This document shows, piece by piece, positions 19,178 to 30,580 of a stretch of 64,000 bases of DNA. Within the stretch, counting starts at the first letter, position 1. Every line of letters starts with the position of its first letter. A program made the position numbers and the translations under genes. Under the pieces are notes generated by a model, which searched no databases, was not told the origin of the DNA, and was given only the letters and a program-made list of their open reading frames with translations. The stretch is from Nitrospirota bacterium (lineage in GTDB: Bacteria; Nitrospirota; Thermodesulfovibrionia; Thermodesulfovibrionales; Dissulfurispiraceae). The stretch lies in the NCBI GenBank assembly GCA_963790025.1, contig CAWBMP010000002.1, forward strand, positions 640,001-704,000, written 5' to 3'.

Positions 19178-21417
19178 TTCGTAAATCCGCAGTTGCGGCA
19201 TATTGCGCAGCCGCCTTCATGCTCGACGGCACCGCCGCATTCAGGGCATGCTCCGATCAGCATGATTGCCTGATCTTTTGACTTGCCGTTGCCTTTGTCC
19301 CCGTCGCTCGCAGTATGATAGTATTTCTCCAGGGCCTTGGCAATGGCATCGGAACATGAAAGCACTTTGCCTCCCTCATTCCATGACGGCTGGTGGCATG
19401 AGATGCCTTTTAACTGCTGAACAATCTCCTGGGGCTCGACATTTGATCTCAGGGCCAGGGAAATAAGCCTTCCGATTGCCTCTGCCTGGCTTGACGCACA
19501 GCCGCCTGCCTTGCCGATATTAGTAAATACTTCAAAAGGTTTACCGTTCTCATCCTCGTTAATCGTTACGTAAAGGTTACCGCACCCAGTCTTGAGCAGC
19601 CGTGTGGCGCCTATGATGACCGCAGGCCGTTTTTTTGGGGTGACTTTTGCCGGGAGCTGCTGTTTTTGCTGCGCCTTGTCTTCGCCTTTTCCGGTAGAGA
19701 GCACCTGCTCTTCTCTGGAACCATCCCTATATACCGTTACGCCTTTACATCCCTTCTTATATGCCAGCATATAGACCTCTTCTACATCCTTTGGCGCAGC
19801 TGTATGAGGGAAGTTCACTGTTTTGGATACGGCGTTATCCACATATTTCTGGAATGCTGCCTGCATCTTTATATGATCTATTGGCGTTATATCGTGGGCC
19901 GTTACAAACACCTCCCGCATCTCCTGGGGGAATTCCTTGCAATGACTGATTGAGCCCGTTCCGGCAATTTTCTCTATAAGCTCCCTGCTCCATGATCCCA
20001 TCTCTTTGGCTTCTTTCTCAAAGTAAGGATTGACCTCTATCAGTTTTGTGCCTTCCATCACATTTCTTATGAACGATACAGCGAAGAGCGGCTCTATGCC
20101 CGAAGCGCAGCCGGCCAGAATGGACAGGCTGCCCGTCGGAGCGATCGTGGTAACAGTTCCATTTCTTACAAGCATTTCATCCCTGTAGATACTGTGCTCG
20201 TAGTTGGTAAATACCCCGCGGTCTTCAGCAAGAGCGCAGGAAGCTATTCTTCCCTCAGTCTGGATGAATCCCATTACTTCTTCGGCCAAATCTATCGCTC
20301 TTGCGGAGTTGTAGGGGATTCTCATCTGAATAAGCATATCCGCCCATCCCATGACACCGAGGCCTATTTTTCTGTTGGCTTTTGTCATTTCCTCAATCAT
20401 TTTTAGCGGATACTTGTTTACATCGATAACATTATCGAGAAAGTGCACGGCTTTCCAGGTTACGTCTTTTAACCTTGGCCAGTTTACAACATACCGCCCT
20501 TCGTCATTTCTTCTCACCATTTTCGAGAGGTTTATGGAGCCCAGGTTGCAGGATTCGTAAGGCATCAAAGGCTGCTCGCCGCAGGGATTGGTTGATTCGA
20601 TCTCTCCCAGCGCAGGGGTCGGGTTGGATGAGTTCATTCTGTCCAGAAAAACTATTCCAGGCTCACCGTTCTTCCAGGCCTGTCTGACTATGGCCTCAAA
20701 CACCGACCGCGCCTTTAAACTGGCAACGGGCTGTTTGCTCCTCGGATTGAGAAGCTCGTATTCCTTGTCTTCTTCGACCGCTTTCATAAAAAGCTCAGTA
20801 ATACCGACCGATATGTTGAAATTGTTGAGCCTGTAATTGGAGTCTTTGCAGTTGATAAATTCGAGAATATCAGGGTGGTCAATTCGCAGTATCCCCATAT
20901 TCGCGCCCCTTCTGGTCCCGCCCTGCTTTACCGCTTCCGTGGCATTATCAAACACCGTCATGAATGATATGGGCCCCGAGGATATGCCCTTGGTAGAGCC
21001 GACCACGTCTCCCTTGGGTCTCAGTTTAGAAAAGCTGAAGCCTGTACCTCCCCCTGATTTATGAATTATGGCGGCATACTTCACCGCATCGAATATGGAT
21101 TCCATGGAATCATCCACCGGCAGTACAAAACAGGCTGAAAGCTGGCCCAACCTCCTGCCGGCATTCATCAGAGTGGGACTGTTGGGAAGAAACATAAGAG
21201 AAGTTATAAACTCATAAAACTCCTCTTCAGTACGTTTTACCTCTATATCCGATTTCCCATAAAGGGCATCAGCTGCTGCGATATGGCTGGCGACCCTCCG
21301 GAACAATTCCTCGGGAGTTTCAATAACCTGGCCTTCCTCATTTCTCTTCAAATAGCGCTTTTCAAGGACAGTTATCGCATTAGCCGAAAGACTTAAAACC
21401 CTGCTTGCTTCCCCCAT
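19168..21417 (-). CDS. nrdJ: Class II (B12-dependent) ribonucleotide reductase with C-terminal TSCPD/Zn-ribbon
   Basis: PNSPTLMNAG, TNPCGEQPL, ESCNLGSINL, APTG; terminal CPECG..CRNCG. Confidence 0.95.
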   Translation of the reverse strand: MGEASRVLSLSANAITVLEKRYLKRNEEGQVIETPEELFRRVASHIAAADALYGKSDIEVKRTEEEFYEFITSLMFLPNSPTLMNAGRRLGQLSACFVLPVDDSMESIFDAVKYAAIIHKSGGGTGFSFSKLRPKGDVVGSTKGISSGPISFMTVFDNATEAVKQGGTRRGANMGILRIDHPDILEFINCKDSNYRLNNFNISVGITELFMKAVEEDKEYELLNPRSKQPVASLKARSVFEAIVRQAWKNGEPGIVFLDRMNSSNPTPALGEIESTNPCGEQPLMPYESCNLGSINLSKMVRRNDEGRYVVNWPRLKDVTWKAVHFLDNVIDVNKYPLKMIEEMTKANRKIGLGVMGWADMLIQMRIPYNSARAIDLAEEVMGFIQTEGRIASCALAEDRGVFTNYEHSIYRDEMLVRNGTVTTIAPTGSLSILAGCASGIEPLFAVSFIRNVMEGTKLIEVNPYFEKEAKEMGSWSRELIEKIAGTGSISHCKEFPQEMREVFVTAHDITPIDHIKMQAAFQKYVDNAVSKTVNFPHTAAPKDVEEVYMLAYKKGCKGVTVYRDGSREEQVLSTGKGEDKAQQKQQLPAKVTPKKRPAVIIGATRLLKTGCGNLYVTINEDENGKPFEVFTNIGKAGGCASSQAEAIGRLISLALRSNVEPQEIVQQLKGISCHQPSWNEGGKVLSCSDAIAKALEKYYHTASDGDKGNGKSKDQAIMLIGACPECGGAVEHEGGCAICRNCGFTKCQ

Positions 21418-21442
21418 AAAATAATACCCCCCCCTGTCTCAT

Positions 21443-21497
21443 CTACTCTCTATAGTATAGCTTTAGACATTAAACCACAATATCTTGTGCGAGTCAA
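21443..21497 (-). promoter_or_regulatory. NrdR box (CACAATATCTTGTG, 21476-21489) inside the nrdJ promoter TTGACT-17-TTTAAT; possible weaker second box at ~21443-21458
   Basis: Matches the NrdR-box consensus acaCwAtATaTwGtg and lies upstream of an RNR gene. Confidence 0.75.
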
Positions 21498-21597
21498 GGG
21501 AAAAAATGATTATTTTATAATCTCTTGTTTTGAAACTTGTTTTGCTGTGAAGTACATGTGAACGGTTTGTTAATAACAGTAAGGGCATGGAGTTAGT

Positions 21598-21654
21598 GAA
21601 TTGGGTCAGTCTGAGAACCAGGTGGTCCGGAGCAAAAACAAACTGACCCAATTC
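21598..21654. repeat. REP-like palindrome, family shared with 40019-40092
   Basis: gaattgggtcagt...actgacccaattc; shares GCAAAAACAAACTGACCCA with the second copy. Confidence 0.75.
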
Positions 21655-21660
21655 CCTTGA

Positions 21661-22996
<1,336 letters not shown>

Positions 22997-23005
22997 ATTT
23001 TGTAC

Positions 23006-23088
23006 GCCGGTGTGGTGGAACGGCAGACGCGACGGACTCAAAATCCGTTGTCCTTCGGGACGTGAGAGTTCAAGTCTCTCCACCGGCA
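23006..23088 (+). tRNA. tRNA-Leu (anticodon CAA), CCA not encoded
   Basis: Acceptor stem GCCGGTG/CACCGGC, anticodon arm ACGGA-CTCAAAA-TCCGT, long variable arm, GTTCAAG T-loop. Confidence 0.95.
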
Positions 23089-23322
23089 CTTTATCTCAGA
23101 ATTTTATATTCAGTCATCACCCCAGTTCATACCCATTGACTTCTTTCACTAAAGTCCATTAATTTATGAAATTGCGCAAGCATAAGACTGCCTGTGCGGA
23201 ATGCGGCCCTCCGCTTCCGCACAGACTTTTCCCTCCACGGTAAATCCCCCTTTACCCTGGAACCCCAGATGCCCTCCCTTCCCTCAAGGGAGGGCATCAA
23301 CTTAGCATCTGTGCTCATGTCC

Positions 23323-24042
23323 CTATCTGCTGACACTCACGCCTATGCGCTCGCAATAATTGTATACGCTACAATGAGAGCAGAAGGGTGATATGGGCTT
23401 GCATATACCCTGACCAAATGCAACCAGTATACTGTTGATTGACTTCCAGTATTTTCTTGGCAGTTTCTCCCTTAGAGCATACTCTGTTTCCTCGGGTGTG
23501 TCGGTTTGGACATAGCCCAATCTGTTCGAGATCCTATGAACGTGAGTATCAACGCATATTCCATACTTGTTAAAGCCCAAGGTAACGACTAAATTAGCGG
23601 TTTTTCTGCCGACACCCTTTAATTTCAGTAGGTCATCGATATTATCCGGAACTTTCCCGTTGTATTGTCTTAAAATAGTTTCACTAATTGATTTTATCGT
23701 TTTTGCTTTGACTCGATAAAAACCGACAGGATATATGGCCTTTTGAATCTCGCCCACCTTCAATGAGGCCATATTTTCCGGGGTTGAAGCAATGGCAAAT
23801 AGTCTCTCAGATGCTTCGCCCGTAGTTTTATCCTGCGTCCTCAAACTGAGCACACAACTGATTAGAATCCGGAATGGGTCCCTCTGAATGGCCATTTTGT
23901 CGAGCCAGGGGACATTAAGAGTTTTTATTTGTTTTCTGAGGAGACGCATGACCTCATGAATATCGTCGTCCTTGAACCTTGCCTGCAACTTCTTCATTTG
24001 CCGCTTCCGGGGCCACGCTTCAGGCAACTCATCAACAGTCAT
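23323..24042 (-). CDS. nth: Endonuclease III (start may be 23997)
   Basis: HhH LKGVGRKTAN, VDTHV, and C-terminal 4Fe-4S cysteines. Confidence 0.9.
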   Translation of the reverse strand: MTVDELPEAWPRKRQMKKLQARFKDDDIHEVMRLLRKQIKTLNVPWLDKMAIQRDPFRILISCVLSLRTQDKTTGEASERLFAIASTPENMASLKVGEIQKAIYPVGFYRVKAKTIKSISETILRQYNGKVPDNIDDLLKLKGVGRKTANLVVTLGFNKYGICVDTHVHRISNRLGYVQTDTPEETEYALREKLPRKYWKSINSILVAFGQGICKPISPFCSHCSVYNYCERIGVSVSR

Positions 24043-24230
24043 TCGTCAATCGTAATGGCTTCCACCGGGCAGTTTTCCGCAGCGGCTTCGCAGCAACCTA
24101 CGAACTCGCAAGCCTCTTCGTCTATGACTTCCGATTTGGCGGTTATATCGTCGACGTGGAAGACTGCAGGACAAATCTCCTCGCAATTGCCGCAGCCAAT
24201 ACACTTTTCTTCATCAACAATCACTGTCAT
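24039..24230 (-). CDS. Ferredoxin
   Basis: CIGCGNCEEICP ... CPVEAI. Confidence 0.9.
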   Translation of the reverse strand: MTVIVDEEKCIGCGNCEEICPAVFHVDDITAKSEVIDEEACEFVGCCEAAAENCPVEAITIDE

Positions 24231-25165
24231 AGTTCCTCGATTATCATAGCAGCCAGCAGGGGAAACATTATCTCATGATGTCCTGTCAGCGCAAAACATT
24301 GTCCCTTCATCATAGTCGGCCTGCGCAACACATTTTCGCGGGGACGGTAATGCTGGACAAAATCCATATTTACCGTTGTGAATACCTCAACCTTGTTCCC
24401 AAGATTCCGTGCAGTTGCCAGTGCCTTGAGAAATACCTCCGGGAGCATTACAGCCGAACCGAGGTTAATATAAACGCCGCCTTCAAGGTCGGCGACAACC
24501 GAGCTAAACAGCCTGAAATCACGGAGGCTGCCCTCGCCAATGCTCGCACCGTCAGCCTCCGGATGCATATGAATAATGTCCGCGCCTACCGCAACATGGA
24601 CGGTCATGGGTATATCAAGCCTGAATCCTTCTCCGAAAATGCTCCTATCTTTAAAAGGAAACGATGAGTTCTCGATAAATGAGCCCATTGAGCGGCCTAT
24701 TCCCTCACCCTTTTTTACCCCTTCGGAGATTGCCTTGTTCACCATACCACCGGTTTCCTTGCCCATCCCGAAAGATCCGGTGCAAAGCTCCCTTCCAACG
24801 TCCTCCGAGGTTCGGCCGATGAAGGCAATCTCGAAATCGTGGATAATACAGGCGCCGTTTGCCGCTACAGCTGTAATAATACCACGCCTCATTAAATCGA
24901 TAATCAATAGCGAGAGGCCGACCTTTATGGGATGTGCGCCCATGCCCAGCACAACCGGCCTGCCGTTGCCGTAAGCCTGCAGCACTGCCTGCACTACAGC
25001 TTTTAGATCGCTTGCGGCCAAAAAGCCGGGAAGTCTGTCTGCGAAATCCCTGAATGAACCTTCCTTCTGATGAGGGAGGGCCGATTTCTCTACTGATACT
25101 TTGCTGTGCCGGTCTTTAATAGAATAGGTTTTTAAGCTGCATGGATCAGCCGGAGTATATTTCAT
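24227..25165 (-). CDS. Conserved protein, deoxyhypusine-synthase-like (GSU2086-type)
   Basis: GMGAHPIKVGL, IHDFE and GSAVMLPEVFLKA motifs; family assignment from memory. Confidence 0.6.
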   Translation of the reverse strand: MKYTPADPCSLKTYSIKDRHSKVSVEKSALPHQKEGSFRDFADRLPGFLAASDLKAVVQAVLQAYGNGRPVVLGMGAHPIKVGLSLLIIDLMRRGIITAVAANGACIIHDFEIAFIGRTSEDVGRELCTGSFGMGKETGGMVNKAISEGVKKGEGIGRSMGSFIENSSFPFKDRSIFGEGFRLDIPMTVHVAVGADIIHMHPEADGASIGEGSLRDFRLFSSVVADLEGGVYINLGSAVMLPEVFLKALATARNLGNKVEVFTTVNMDFVQHYRPRENVLRRPTMMKGQCFALTGHHEIMFPLLAAMIIEEL

Positions 25166-25271
25166 ATTGTAAGATTTTAGCATAACCATTGATTTTATGT
25201 TAAGATTTATGTTAAAAAAAAGGTTCTGGGAAACCAAAAACAAACGAGACCGTCACAAAGGAGGACATACA

Positions 25272-25559
25272 TTGCCACCCAAGTCAGCACCTAAAAAGAA
25301 TCTATCCGCCATAAAAAAAGCCCGCCAGGATGAAAAGAGGAAACTGCGCGGACAGTCTGTACGGGCGAGCGTAAAGACCCAAACCAAAAAAGTAGAGGCC
25401 CTGCTGTCCAGCAGCAACAAAGAAGAGCTTAACAAGACTTTGAAAGAAGCCATCCGCACTGTCAGCACTGCGGCATCGAAAGGAATAATTCATAAGAATA
25501 CCGCATCCAGAAAGATTTCAAAGCTTGCAAAAAAAGCACACGCAGCAATAAACCAGTAG
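25272..25559 (+). CDS. rpsT: 30S ribosomal protein S20
   Basis: SAIKKARQ..KGIIHKNTASRKIS; TTG start after GGAGG. Confidence 0.95.
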   Translation: MPPKSAPKKNLSAIKKARQDEKRKLRGQSVRASVKTQTKKVEALLSSSNKEELNKTLKEAIRTVSTAASKGIIHKNTASRKISKLAKKAHAAINQ

Positions 25560-25728
25560 GCAGCAAGAAGTAAGCAGTAAGCAGCAAAGTCTGAAAAAAC
25601 ACTGGATTCCCGCCTTCGCGGGAATTACCACACTTTTATAAATCTGTTTTTCTTTTGCTGCATACTGTTTGCTGCCTGCAGGCTGCTTGTTTTCTGTTTT
25701 CTGCTTGCTTCTTGCTGCCTACTGCCTG
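25555..25728. repeat. Inverted heptamer arms enclosing a GGATTCCCGCCTTCGCGGGAAT REP-like hairpin (~25603-25625)
   Basis: agtaggcagcaagaagtaagcag ... ctgcttgcttcttgctgcctact; spans the rpsT and holA stop codons. Confidence 0.8.
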
Positions 25729-26630
25729 CTGGTTTTCTTCAGCAGCTTAACAAGCAGATCTTCTATAACATACCTGTGGGACGTCTTTATCGCAATGTCG
25801 GCCTCATGCAGGAGTCTAATAGTGTCTGCGTGCCCCGTGGCGCCTTTTTCTGAAACGCCCGGCCGATAATCGGGCCCCTGCCGTCCATAATAATAATTCA
25901 GCGCTCCCAGTAGCATTTGCGGCTCCTGAACTTTAGTAACGCTTTCAAATATCCTGAATGCCTCCTTGGCATCTTTTTTCTTCAATGCGTCCAGCAGGTC
26001 AAAGGCATTATACTCGGCCCCGGAATAAATTATGCCCCTGAGGTCGGCAATATCAATTGTGCGGTCGCTGACAATACATGCAAGCTTCTCTATTTCAGCA
26101 GAAAGCATGCCGAGGTCTGTACCGGCCACGGCAATAAGATATTCCACTGCGCCGTCTGTGAGCCTCACCTTCTTCTGGCCCGCCTGCTCCTTTATCCACA
26201 CCGGGAGGTCCCTCTCTTGAATAGTAAGGGCAATTGTCTTCATGCTTCCGGCTGTCTTTGCATCAAAAAGCTTCGGTGCCGCACCAGCGTGGAGCATTAC
26301 CAAAAGCGCTGTACCGGCGGGATCAAGCAGGTAGTCATCGAGCTTTTGTATGTCCTTCCTGGCAAGTTTCTGGATGTTGTTGATAACAACTACCCTCCGC
26401 GCGGATATAAAAGGCAGGGTGTTAAGGATATCCAATATTTGTTCTACCGGAATCGTATCATCAGGCGACTTCATGTCGTACTCGTCGAAATTAAAACCGA
26501 CTGCGTCGCGACACTGCTCTTTTATTAAGGAGAGCGCCTCATAGAGCAAAAAATCCTCCGCGGAGTATAAGAGATATACCGGCGACGGCAGTCCCCTGGA
26601 AAGTTCCTGACGAAATTGCCTGATGCTCAT
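25719..26630 (-). CDS. holA: DNA polymerase III delta subunit
   Basis: PVYLLY, TLPF..RRVVVI and EIEKL; lptE-holA-rpsT synteny. Confidence 0.85.
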   Translation of the reverse strand: MSIRQFRQELSRGLPSPVYLLYSAEDFLLYEALSLIKEQCRDAVGFNFDEYDMKSPDDTIPVEQILDILNTLPFISARRVVVINNIQKLARKDIQKLDDYLLDPAGTALLVMLHAGAAPKLFDAKTAGSMKTIALTIQERDLPVWIKEQAGQKKVRLTDGAVEYLIAVAGTDLGMLSAEIEKLACIVSDRTIDIADLRGIIYSGAEYNAFDLLDALKKKDAKEAFRIFESVTKVQEPQMLLGALNYYYGRQGPDYRPGVSEKGATGHADTIRLLHEADIAIKTSHRYVIEDLLVKLLKKTSRQ

Positions 26631-26634
26631 TTAT

Positions 26635-27585
26635 TTATTTTGGACCACCGGGGATTTGCTTCATTTTGGCAAATACACCCGGATACGCTTCCTCAAGGAG
26701 CACCCGGTTGAGGCGCACCAGATTGAGGCCCTGCGGATTCTGCCTTATAAGCCGCTCTGTCTCATCGCTGAGCGTCAACGAGGCAAAACGCTTCTTATCA
26801 AAAATTTCCTTGTTCTGAATTAAAGTGTTCAGTTGAGTGACCAACGCGGCTTTGAGTGTTGTCGCGGAATAATCGAAAGGGTTATACGCGTCGATCTGGC
26901 GAAGAACATCCGGATTTAATTGTTCGCGTAAATATTGCGAGAGGGGGTCTTTGGCTTCCCTCAACTTGACAGTCAAGGCCCCCACATCCATGATTTCCTC
27001 GGGTTTAAAGAACAAATATGTAAAATTTTTCGGGGTATCGTAAATGATACGTTGCACCAATGACTGCGACAGATTTGACATGGCACTGACCTCCGCGAGT
27101 TCCTTTTGTGCCATAATGAACTCAATCCTTCCGGTAGCAGGGAAATAAGTGATAAAAGGGCTGTTCGCTACAAGTGGCATCACGTTGCCGGTTTCGGTAT
27201 CAACAAGTCTGAAACTGGCCAGCATCTCCACCTGATACTGTGTAGCTGTCAGGTTCACTTCGGTAGTAGGCAGCAGGTTGAAACGGAATATCTCACCATC
27301 TAACCTGTACCGGGCGGAGGGGCTTATCGAGAAGCCGTATTGGGAAAAGGTCTGCGCCAATGACAGGTGAAACTTGTCCTCCAGTTTGGGCTCAAGTGTC
27401 TTGTTCTGTATTTTGCCGACAGCAATAGTATCAAAGGGAAGGTTTGCCTTGGTTTGAATGCTATACCCGCAGCCATATAAAAGAAAAAGCAGAAGCAGGA
27501 AACAAGAAGTCAGAAGCGAAACCAAAAAGTTGAATAGTCGTTGTTTTGTCATTTTATCTCCAGATTGCCGCATATTCTTTCTCAA
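26635..27585 (-). CDS. LptE-like lipoprotein with an extra C-terminal helical domain
   Basis: Lipobox LYGCGY, LptE-like core, position upstream of holA; ~120 aa extension. Confidence 0.7.
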   Translation of the reverse strand: MRKNMRQSGDKMTKQRLFNFLVSLLTSCFLLLLFLLYGCGYSIQTKANLPFDTIAVGKIQNKTLEPKLEDKFHLSLAQTFSQYGFSISPSARYRLDGEIFRFNLLPTTEVNLTATQYQVEMLASFRLVDTETGNVMPLVANSPFITYFPATGRIEFIMAQKELAEVSAMSNLSQSLVQRIIYDTPKNFTYLFFKPEEIMDVGALTVKLREAKDPLSQYLREQLNPDVLRQIDAYNPFDYSATTLKAALVTQLNTLIQNKEIFDKKRFASLTLSDETERLIRQNPQGLNLVRLNRVLLEEAYPGVFAKMKQIPGGPK

Positions 27586-28296
27586 TTAGAATTTTATTCC
27601 CAGGTCAGGGAACATGGATGCCAGCTGACCAATCCTGTTGGTCAATAGCGTAATGCCGAATACTATCAATACCAGACCGCTGACAAGCGATATTACTTTC
27701 ATGTACTTGTAAATCTTTTTTGAATGGCTTAAAAACGCATTGATGGCAAGCGTCGAAAGAATAAAGGGAATGGCGAGCCCCAGCGAATAAACGGAAAGGA
27801 GTTTTAGCCCATATGAGGCGGACGCCTTCGAACTTGCATAGATCAAAATGGTCCCCAGAATAGGGCCTATGCAAGGGGTCCATCCTGCAGCAAAACTCAT
27901 TCCTATGATAAATGCTCCTGCATAACCCGCAGGGCCTTCATCGACATGGAACCGTTTTTCTCTCATTAGAAAGTCAAGTTTCAAAAAGCCGGTAATAAAG
28001 AGACCGAATATGATGGTGAGTATGCCGCCCCCGATCCTGAGATAATCCTGATATCTGAGGAAAAGGCTGCCAATAAATGATGAAGAGGCGCCGAGCGCAA
28101 TGAATATCGTCGAGAAACCCAGTATAAATGCCATTGTATTGCCCATAGTCCTCGACAGGCTGGGAGCTGATTTAAGTTCATCCAGCGAAAGACCGGTCAC
28201 AAACGAAACATATGCCGGGACAAGCGGCAACACACAGGGCGAAAGAAACGAAAGGAGACCTCCCAGAAAGGCCAGTGTAAAAGAGACATCTTTCAT
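27586..28296 (-). CDS. ccdA: Cytochrome c biogenesis protein CcdA
   Basis: SFLSPCVLPLVP and GWTPCIGPIL motifs. Confidence 0.9.
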   Translation of the reverse strand: MKDVSFTLAFLGGLLSFLSPCVLPLVPAYVSFVTGLSLDELKSAPSLSRTMGNTMAFILGFSTIFIALGASSSFIGSLFLRYQDYLRIGGGILTIIFGLFITGFLKLDFLMREKRFHVDEGPAGYAGAFIIGMSFAAGWTPCIGPILGTILIYASSKASASYGLKLLSVYSLGLAIPFILSTLAINAFLSHSKKIYKYMKVISLVSGLVLIVFGITLLTNRIGQLASMFPDLGIKF

Positions 28297-28772
28297 CGCG
28301 CGCATTCCTCCGCGTCTCCTTTGATTTTTTCTATTGCGTGGGGGATCACATCAAGGATCGTCTCGAGGTTCTCTTCGACTGCTTTTGGACTGCCGGGCAG
28401 GTTTATTATCAGTGTCCGTCCTTTCACTCCCGCAACAGCTCTCGATAGCATCGACCTGTTTGTCTTCACCATGCCCGCCATCCTCATCGCCTCGGCAATG
28501 CCGGGGACCTGCCGTTCGATCACATCGAGCGTTGCTTCGGGTGTAACATCCCTGGGAGAAAGGCCTGTGCCGCCGGTAGTGAAGATCAGGTCAACCTTCC
28601 CGGAATATTCCAGGAGCTTCTTTTTTATCAGCTCCCGTTCGTCGGGCAGCACATCATAATAACTCACCTTGCCTATATCTTTAATGATGTCTGCTATCAG
28701 GGGGCCGCTCCGGTCCGCCCGCTCCCCCCTGGAGCCTTTATCACTCAATGTAAGCACCGCAACGGTAATCAT
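28293..28772 (-). CDS. MogA/MoaB molybdopterin adenylyltransferase
   Basis: TTGGTGLSPRDVTPEAT and NLPGSP motifs. Confidence 0.9.
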   Translation of the reverse strand: MITVAVLTLSDKGSRGERADRSGPLIADIIKDIGKVSYYDVLPDERELIKKKLLEYSGKVDLIFTTGGTGLSPRDVTPEATLDVIERQVPGIAEAMRMAGMVKTNRSMLSRAVAGVKGRTLIINLPGSPKAVEENLETILDVIPHAIEKIKGDAEECAR

Positions 28773-28795
28773 AACAACCGCTCACTCCTAAACAG

Positions 28796-28853
28796 ACGGT
28801 TTCGCAAAAAGTTCATAGGCAACGCGCTGCATATGGACTTTTTACGAGACCGT
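28796..28853. mobile_element. Short MITE/REP-like element, internally deleted relative of 37846-37965
   Basis: acggtttcgcaaaaagttcata ... tatggactttttacgagaccgt; supplies the MOSC gene stop codon. Confidence 0.7.
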
Positions 28854-29279
28854 TATTTTGTCTCCTTTTCTTATCTTGCCGCCCCTGATGATTTTTATAA
28901 ATATGCCTTCTTTTGGCATAACACAATCACCTGCCTGATAGTAAATTCCGCATCGAGTATGGCATTCTTTGCCGATTTGGCTCACCTCGCCGATGACCTC
29001 ACCGCCGATGGTTACCCTGGTCCCGACGGGTAGAGCGGGCAGATCAAGTCCCTGGGTAGTAATGTTCTCGGCAAAATCACCCGGTTGCACCTTGAGACCC
29101 ATTGCCTGCATTTTTTGTATGCTCTCAAGCGCGAGAAGACTCACCTGCCTGTGCCACTCCGACGATGCGTGTGCATCACCCTCGATACCGAAATTATCGC
29201 TGATACTGACTTCATCAACAGGTTTTTTTCTCACACCCTTTTTATCGCTTATATTTATGGAAATTACGCTGCCCTGCAT
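28842..29279 (-). CDS. MOSC domain protein
   Basis: GDAHA, RQVSLLA, GDFAENIT and QIGKECH motifs. Confidence 0.9.
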   Translation of the reverse strand: MQGSVISINISDKKGVRKKPVDEVSISDNFGIEGDAHASSEWHRQVSLLALESIQKMQAMGLKVQPGDFAENITTQGLDLPALPVGTRVTIGGEVIGEVSQIGKECHTRCGIYYQAGDCVMPKEGIFIKIIRGGKIRKGDKITVS

Positions 29280-29300
29280 ACATTCTAAAATAACATATTT

Positions 29301-30401
29301 TTAAACAATGATGCCGCCACCCAGCACAGTATCGCCGCCATAAAATACCGCACTCTGGCCCGGCGCCGGGGCCCACTGAGGCACGTCGCAGACAACTTCT
29401 GCCACAGCATCATCGACAACTGTGATAGTGGCGGGCTCATCTCTCATGGTAGATCTGACTTTTACAGTAGAGCGGAACGAGCAAGGAGGTTGGCGGTTAG
29501 AGGTTGGAGGCTGGACTCTAGCCTCAGACATCGTAAAGGGAGGCGCTAGCCAGTTAATGGCCTCAACTCTGAAGGCCCTTCTCATCGCTGCTTCTCTAGG
29601 CCCGATATAAATCGCATTCGTTGCGCTGTCTATTCCTGCTACATAAAGCGGCTTGCCGGCGGCAATACCCATTCTTTTTCTCTGGCCTATAGTATAGAGA
29701 TGTATGCCTTTGTGAGTTCCCAACGTTTTTCCTGTTTCAACATCGATGATAGGCCCTTCCGTTTTTTCAGCCAGGCCCTCCATGAATATGCAGTAGTTTC
29801 TGTCCCCGATGAAGCAAATTTCCTGGCTCTCCGGTCTTTCGGCAGCAGGAAAATTCAGAGTTCTCGCCGTTTCACGTACCTCCTCCTTTGTCCTCGTGCC
29901 GAGCGGCAACGTTAGCCTGGCCAATTCCTCCCGTCTCAAGACATAGAGCACATACGATTGGTCCTTTTTCGGATCAACAGCCTTTTTTAACTCGGGGAAG
30001 CGTGGAGTCTGGTCTACTCTCGCATAATGGCCTGTCGCAATATACGCTGCATCCTTTTGACCTGCAATCTTCATAAGATAGGGAAACTTTATGTGCCTGT
30101 TGCACAAAATGCATGGATTTGGAGTAATTCCCTTTTTATAGGACTCAATAAACGGCTCTATGACCCGCTCCAGGAATTCCTCTCTCAAATCAATTACCGT
30201 ATGTTTTACCCCGATATGTACTGCAGTGTTTCGTGCATTTTCGATGGATTCAATAGAGCAGCAGCCGGAAAAAGAGGCTTTCAGCCGCGCTTCATAAAGA
30301 ACAAAACTCACCCCTTCGACCTCATATCCCTGAGCTTTCAAAAGATGCGCTGTAACGGACGAGTCCACCCCGCCGCTCATACCGACTACCACTTTTTTCA
30401 T
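29301..30401 (-). CDS. mnmA: tRNA 2-thiouridylase MnmA
   Basis: SGGVDS, PNPCILCN, ATGHY and SQEICF motifs. Confidence 0.95.
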   Translation of the reverse strand: MKKVVVGMSGGVDSSVTAHLLKAQGYEVEGVSFVLYEARLKASFSGCCSIESIENARNTAVHIGVKHTVIDLREEFLERVIEPFIESYKKGITPNPCILCNRHIKFPYLMKIAGQKDAAYIATGHYARVDQTPRFPELKKAVDPKKDQSYVLYVLRREELARLTLPLGTRTKEEVRETARTLNFPAAERPESQEICFIGDRNYCIFMEGLAEKTEGPIIDVETGKTLGTHKGIHLYTIGQRKRMGIAAGKPLYVAGIDSATNAIYIGPREAAMRRAFRVEAINWLAPPFTMSEARVQPPTSNRQPPCSFRSTVKVRSTMRDEPATITVVDDAVAEVVCDVPQWAPAPGQSAVFYGGDTVLGGGIIV

Positions 30402-30580
30402 CGGTTACATTACTCCGCTATGCCTGTATGCAGTGAATACATTGCCTGTCTTCTCATTATACCGCAGAAGTGGGCCGGGAGGTGACGGGATAGAGGCAGG
30501 AAATGACTAAACCGTTTTTACTTTTAAGGCTAAATATGTTACAGTTATTAACCACAATTTAAAAAGGAGAATCTCGAAGA

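Noticed and set aside
23006..23320. Genomic island integrated at tRNA-Leu
   Set aside because: No integrase or duplicated tRNA 3' end noticed; housekeeping nth follows.
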